DNA of 64,000 nucleotides from a virus, in the IMG/VR virus record IMGVR_UViG_3300045988_076131, positions 1-64,000 of that record. One strand, written 5' to 3'. The notes under the pieces were generated by a model that did not search any database, was not told the origin of the DNA, and saw nothing but the letters and a program-made list of their open reading frames with translations. Shown piece by piece: positions 62,479 through 64,000 of this stretch; the stretch's first letter is position 1; the number at the start of each line of letters is the position of its first letter. The translations under genes were made by a program, and so were the position numbers.

Positions 62479-63037
62479 TCGACACCTTGCCTCCGTTTTT
62501 AAGCCAGTCCTCAATGGTTGTACTCGCACCGTCAAATGTTCTACCAAAAATATTGACAAGTTTCACCGAACACTGGAGATACGGCGTGTTTTTTATCACA
62601 TCGGAAGACGGCTCGCAGGCATCCTGCACAAGAAACAACGCCTTGCGCTGTCTGTAATCGTCTTTCCATAGCACCAGGGAGCCTTCCAGGTAGGAGTAAA
62701 GCTCATCCCATGCAGCCTCCATTTTCTTCGTCTGCTCCTCAATCGGCAAGCTCGTAGTGGTATCAATGTTATACCCGAACACATAAACAGAGAGCGTACA
62801 TGTTGTACTTTCGTGTGTGGCGTTCGGGTCTACAAAAACCCTGAGAGCGCCTGTTTCAGCATAACTCTCTGTGTACACGCCTTTCTGCTTACCCTTGGAG
62901 TTGAGACCAGTCATTGACTTGTAGCGAATAACACCGCCAAAATCATCCTCAAGACTCTTTGGCGTGCCGTCACTCGCCCACGCACCCTGCGCAGACTTCG
63001 TGTATCGCTGTATGTAAAATTTCTTATTATCGGCCAT
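62471..63037 (-). CDS. hypothetical protein, first gene of the minus-strand block (start trimmed to MADNKKFYIQRY)
   Basis: 188 aa. Confidence 0.55.
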   Translation of the reverse strand: MADNKKFYIQRYTKSAQGAWASDGTPKSLEDDFGGVIRYKSMTGLNSKGKQKGVYTESYAETGALRVFVDPNATHESTTCTLSVYVFGYNIDTTTSLPIEEQTKKMEAAWDELYSYLEGSLVLWKDDYRQRKALFLVQDACEPSSDVIKNTPYLQCSVKLVNIFGRTFDGASTTIEDWLKNGGKVSNG

Positions 63038-63395
63038 CAGATTTCGTTTTGAATACAAAGTAAGGACATACAAACAAGCATTGCAAGCTTTTGAACTGCA
63101 AACCCTATTTTTTAACATTTTATGTTAATTTATTTAACTATTGTACAGGTTGCAATAATTACAACCATAAGTTCAGGAGAAACAAGATATAAACATACAC
63201 AGGCGAGTAATAAAGACAAAAAGGCTGTTTATTTGTGTTCTAAGCGTGTTTTAACTGAAAGACTAATAACTACACCAAAAGGAAATGAAAGTGCGGCAGA
63301 ACGCAAATAAATAGGCAAATAAACGGCTTTTGAAGTATGGTGGAAATAATAATGAAAATAACAAAAAGTGAAGCACTGCTGCGTGTGACACCTCC

Positions 63396-63699
63396 AAAAA
63401 TAAAAAAAATAAAAAATTAAGGGAAAGGGTGGGTGCGGTGGGTGCGGTGGGTGCCTGGGGGGGTGGGGGTTTAACCCCTGCGGATGGCGAAGGCTCAAAA
63501 AGCAAAGAGTATAAAGCACGTAACACGCTGATACATAACTACTTACAGGCTCTATAAATACTATTTTTTACATACAAGACGGACGTATTACACGAAAAAG
63601 GCGAAAAAGGCGAAAAAGGTATTATATTTATATATACTATTAGATATATAGATATAATATATATAAATATATAATATATAGCTAATAATATATATATAC
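63396..63699. other. origin-like repeat region: A-run, G-rich iterons, A-tract repeats, AT-rich block
   Basis: GGTGGGTGC x3 plus G7/G5 runs (63421-63470); GCGAAAAAG x3 (63592-63619); about 80 bp of >90% A+T (63620-63699). Confidence 0.4.
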
Positions 63700-63727
63700 G
63701 CACGCGCGAGGAGCTGCACCTACACCA

Positions 63728-64000
63728 CTACGCCACGCCGAACTTTTTCGCCTCGTCGTGCCTGCCTGCCTTCCACTCCTGCTCCTGCCTTCTCTCTTCC
63801 CCCCTATATCCCCCCCCCACGGTGCGCAGCCTCGCCGCCGTTGTGCGCTCTGGATGCAGCGCCGTGCACCACTCGCCGCCTCGCTTTCCGTCGATCATTA
63901 GGCACGCCCGCCGCCCTTCCGTGCTGCCATCTGTAAAATGTTCTTTCAGGCGCGCGAGGCGTTCGGCTATTTTGCGCCGTTCTGCCGCTTTCTTTCGTGC
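63728..64000 (-). CDS. 3' end of an ORF entering from beyond the window (uncertain)
   Basis: open minus-strand frame ...KEHFTDGSTEGRRACLMIDGKRGGEWCTALHPERTTAA...AKKFGVA*; GC-rich; contains C9 (63810-63818) and C6 (63799-63804) tracts, so the frame is unreliable. Confidence 0.3.
   Translation of the reverse strand, partial: ARKKAAERRKIAERLARLKEHFTDGSTEGRRACLMIDGKRGGEWCTALHPERTTAARLRTVGGGYRGEERRQEQEWKAGRHDEAKKFGVA

Larger units (their letters stand above)
122..63727. mobile_element. temperate siphovirus-like phage / prophage; exact ends not determined
   Basis: continuous phage modules (immunity, recombination, replication, lysis, head, tail, DNA modification) starting right after a tRNA 3' end; no att duplication or integrase found in the window. 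Confidence 0.7.

Noticed and set aside
63229-63526. Minus-strand ORFs (96 and 87 aa) with PPHPP-type sequence
   Set aside because: They are translations of the G-rich iteron block in an intergenic region.
1-64000. Stop-codon reassignment (TAG or TGA recoding, as in some gut phages) as the explanation for the broken ORFs
   Set aside because: TAA, TAG and TGA each terminate well-supported genes here (5826 TAA, 39326 TAG, 5140 TGA). The breaks are frameshifts at homopolymers, not in-frame stops, apart from the single TGA in U-1.
1-64000. Diversity-generating retroelement or retron behind the repeat and variable regions
   Set aside because: No reverse-transcriptase-like ORF and no template/variable repeat pair was seen.

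Overview
The window is almost entirely a temperate, siphovirus-like phage or prophage of Bacteroidota type. Supporting signals are TAnnTTTG -7 promoter boxes, gene families I associate with Bacteroidota phages, and a BspA-like LRR tail fibre. It lies next to the 3' end of a tRNA-Gly(CCC) gene.

Layout:
- 1-120: tRNA end and terminator.
- 0.2-1.4 kb: immunity switch with a CI-like repressor divergent from Cro-like and excisionase-like HTH genes.
- 1.4-3.3 kb: largely non-coding stretch with a candidate large structured RNA, an atypical tRNA-like gene and a terminator.
- 3.5-19.5 kb (+): early operon with DUF4494-like protein, an annealing protein, YqaJ exonuclease, an SSB-like protein, a replication protein, a 27 x 24-bp repeat protein, many small ORFs, YopX, and a radical SAM enzyme.
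- 19.6-38.6 kb (-): membrane and lysis genes, tail fibre, a 1637-aa tail protein, portal and TerL.
- 38.7-50.3 kb (+): scaffold, major capsid, connectors, tail tube, a G/GT chaperone with a T TTT TTC -1 frameshift, and a 1919-aa tape measure.
- 50.4-51.0 kb: lipoprotein moron.
- 51-63 kb (-): DNA modification and replication block with three DNA methyltransferases, a RuvC-like resolvase, a dUTPase-like protein and a DUF1599 fusion.
- 63.1-63.7 kb: repeat-rich, origin-like region.

The most unusual element spans 50.9-53.9 kb. A circularly permuted cytosine-5 methyltransferase lacks a recognisable target-recognition (TL) segment. It sits inside a tandem array of 12 mini-ORFs that each look like a C5-MTase target-recognition module. 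These are joined by a conserved overlapping stop/start junction. Nine of them carry a 6-9 nt G/C homopolymer tract, and seven of those tracts break the frame as assembled.

Caveat: at least five other genes in the window are broken by apparent 1-nt deletions in short homopolymers. Frame states are therefore not trustworthy without reads. All family names come from motifs read by eye; no searches were run. No integrase, CRISPR array, reverse transcriptase or rRNA was seen.
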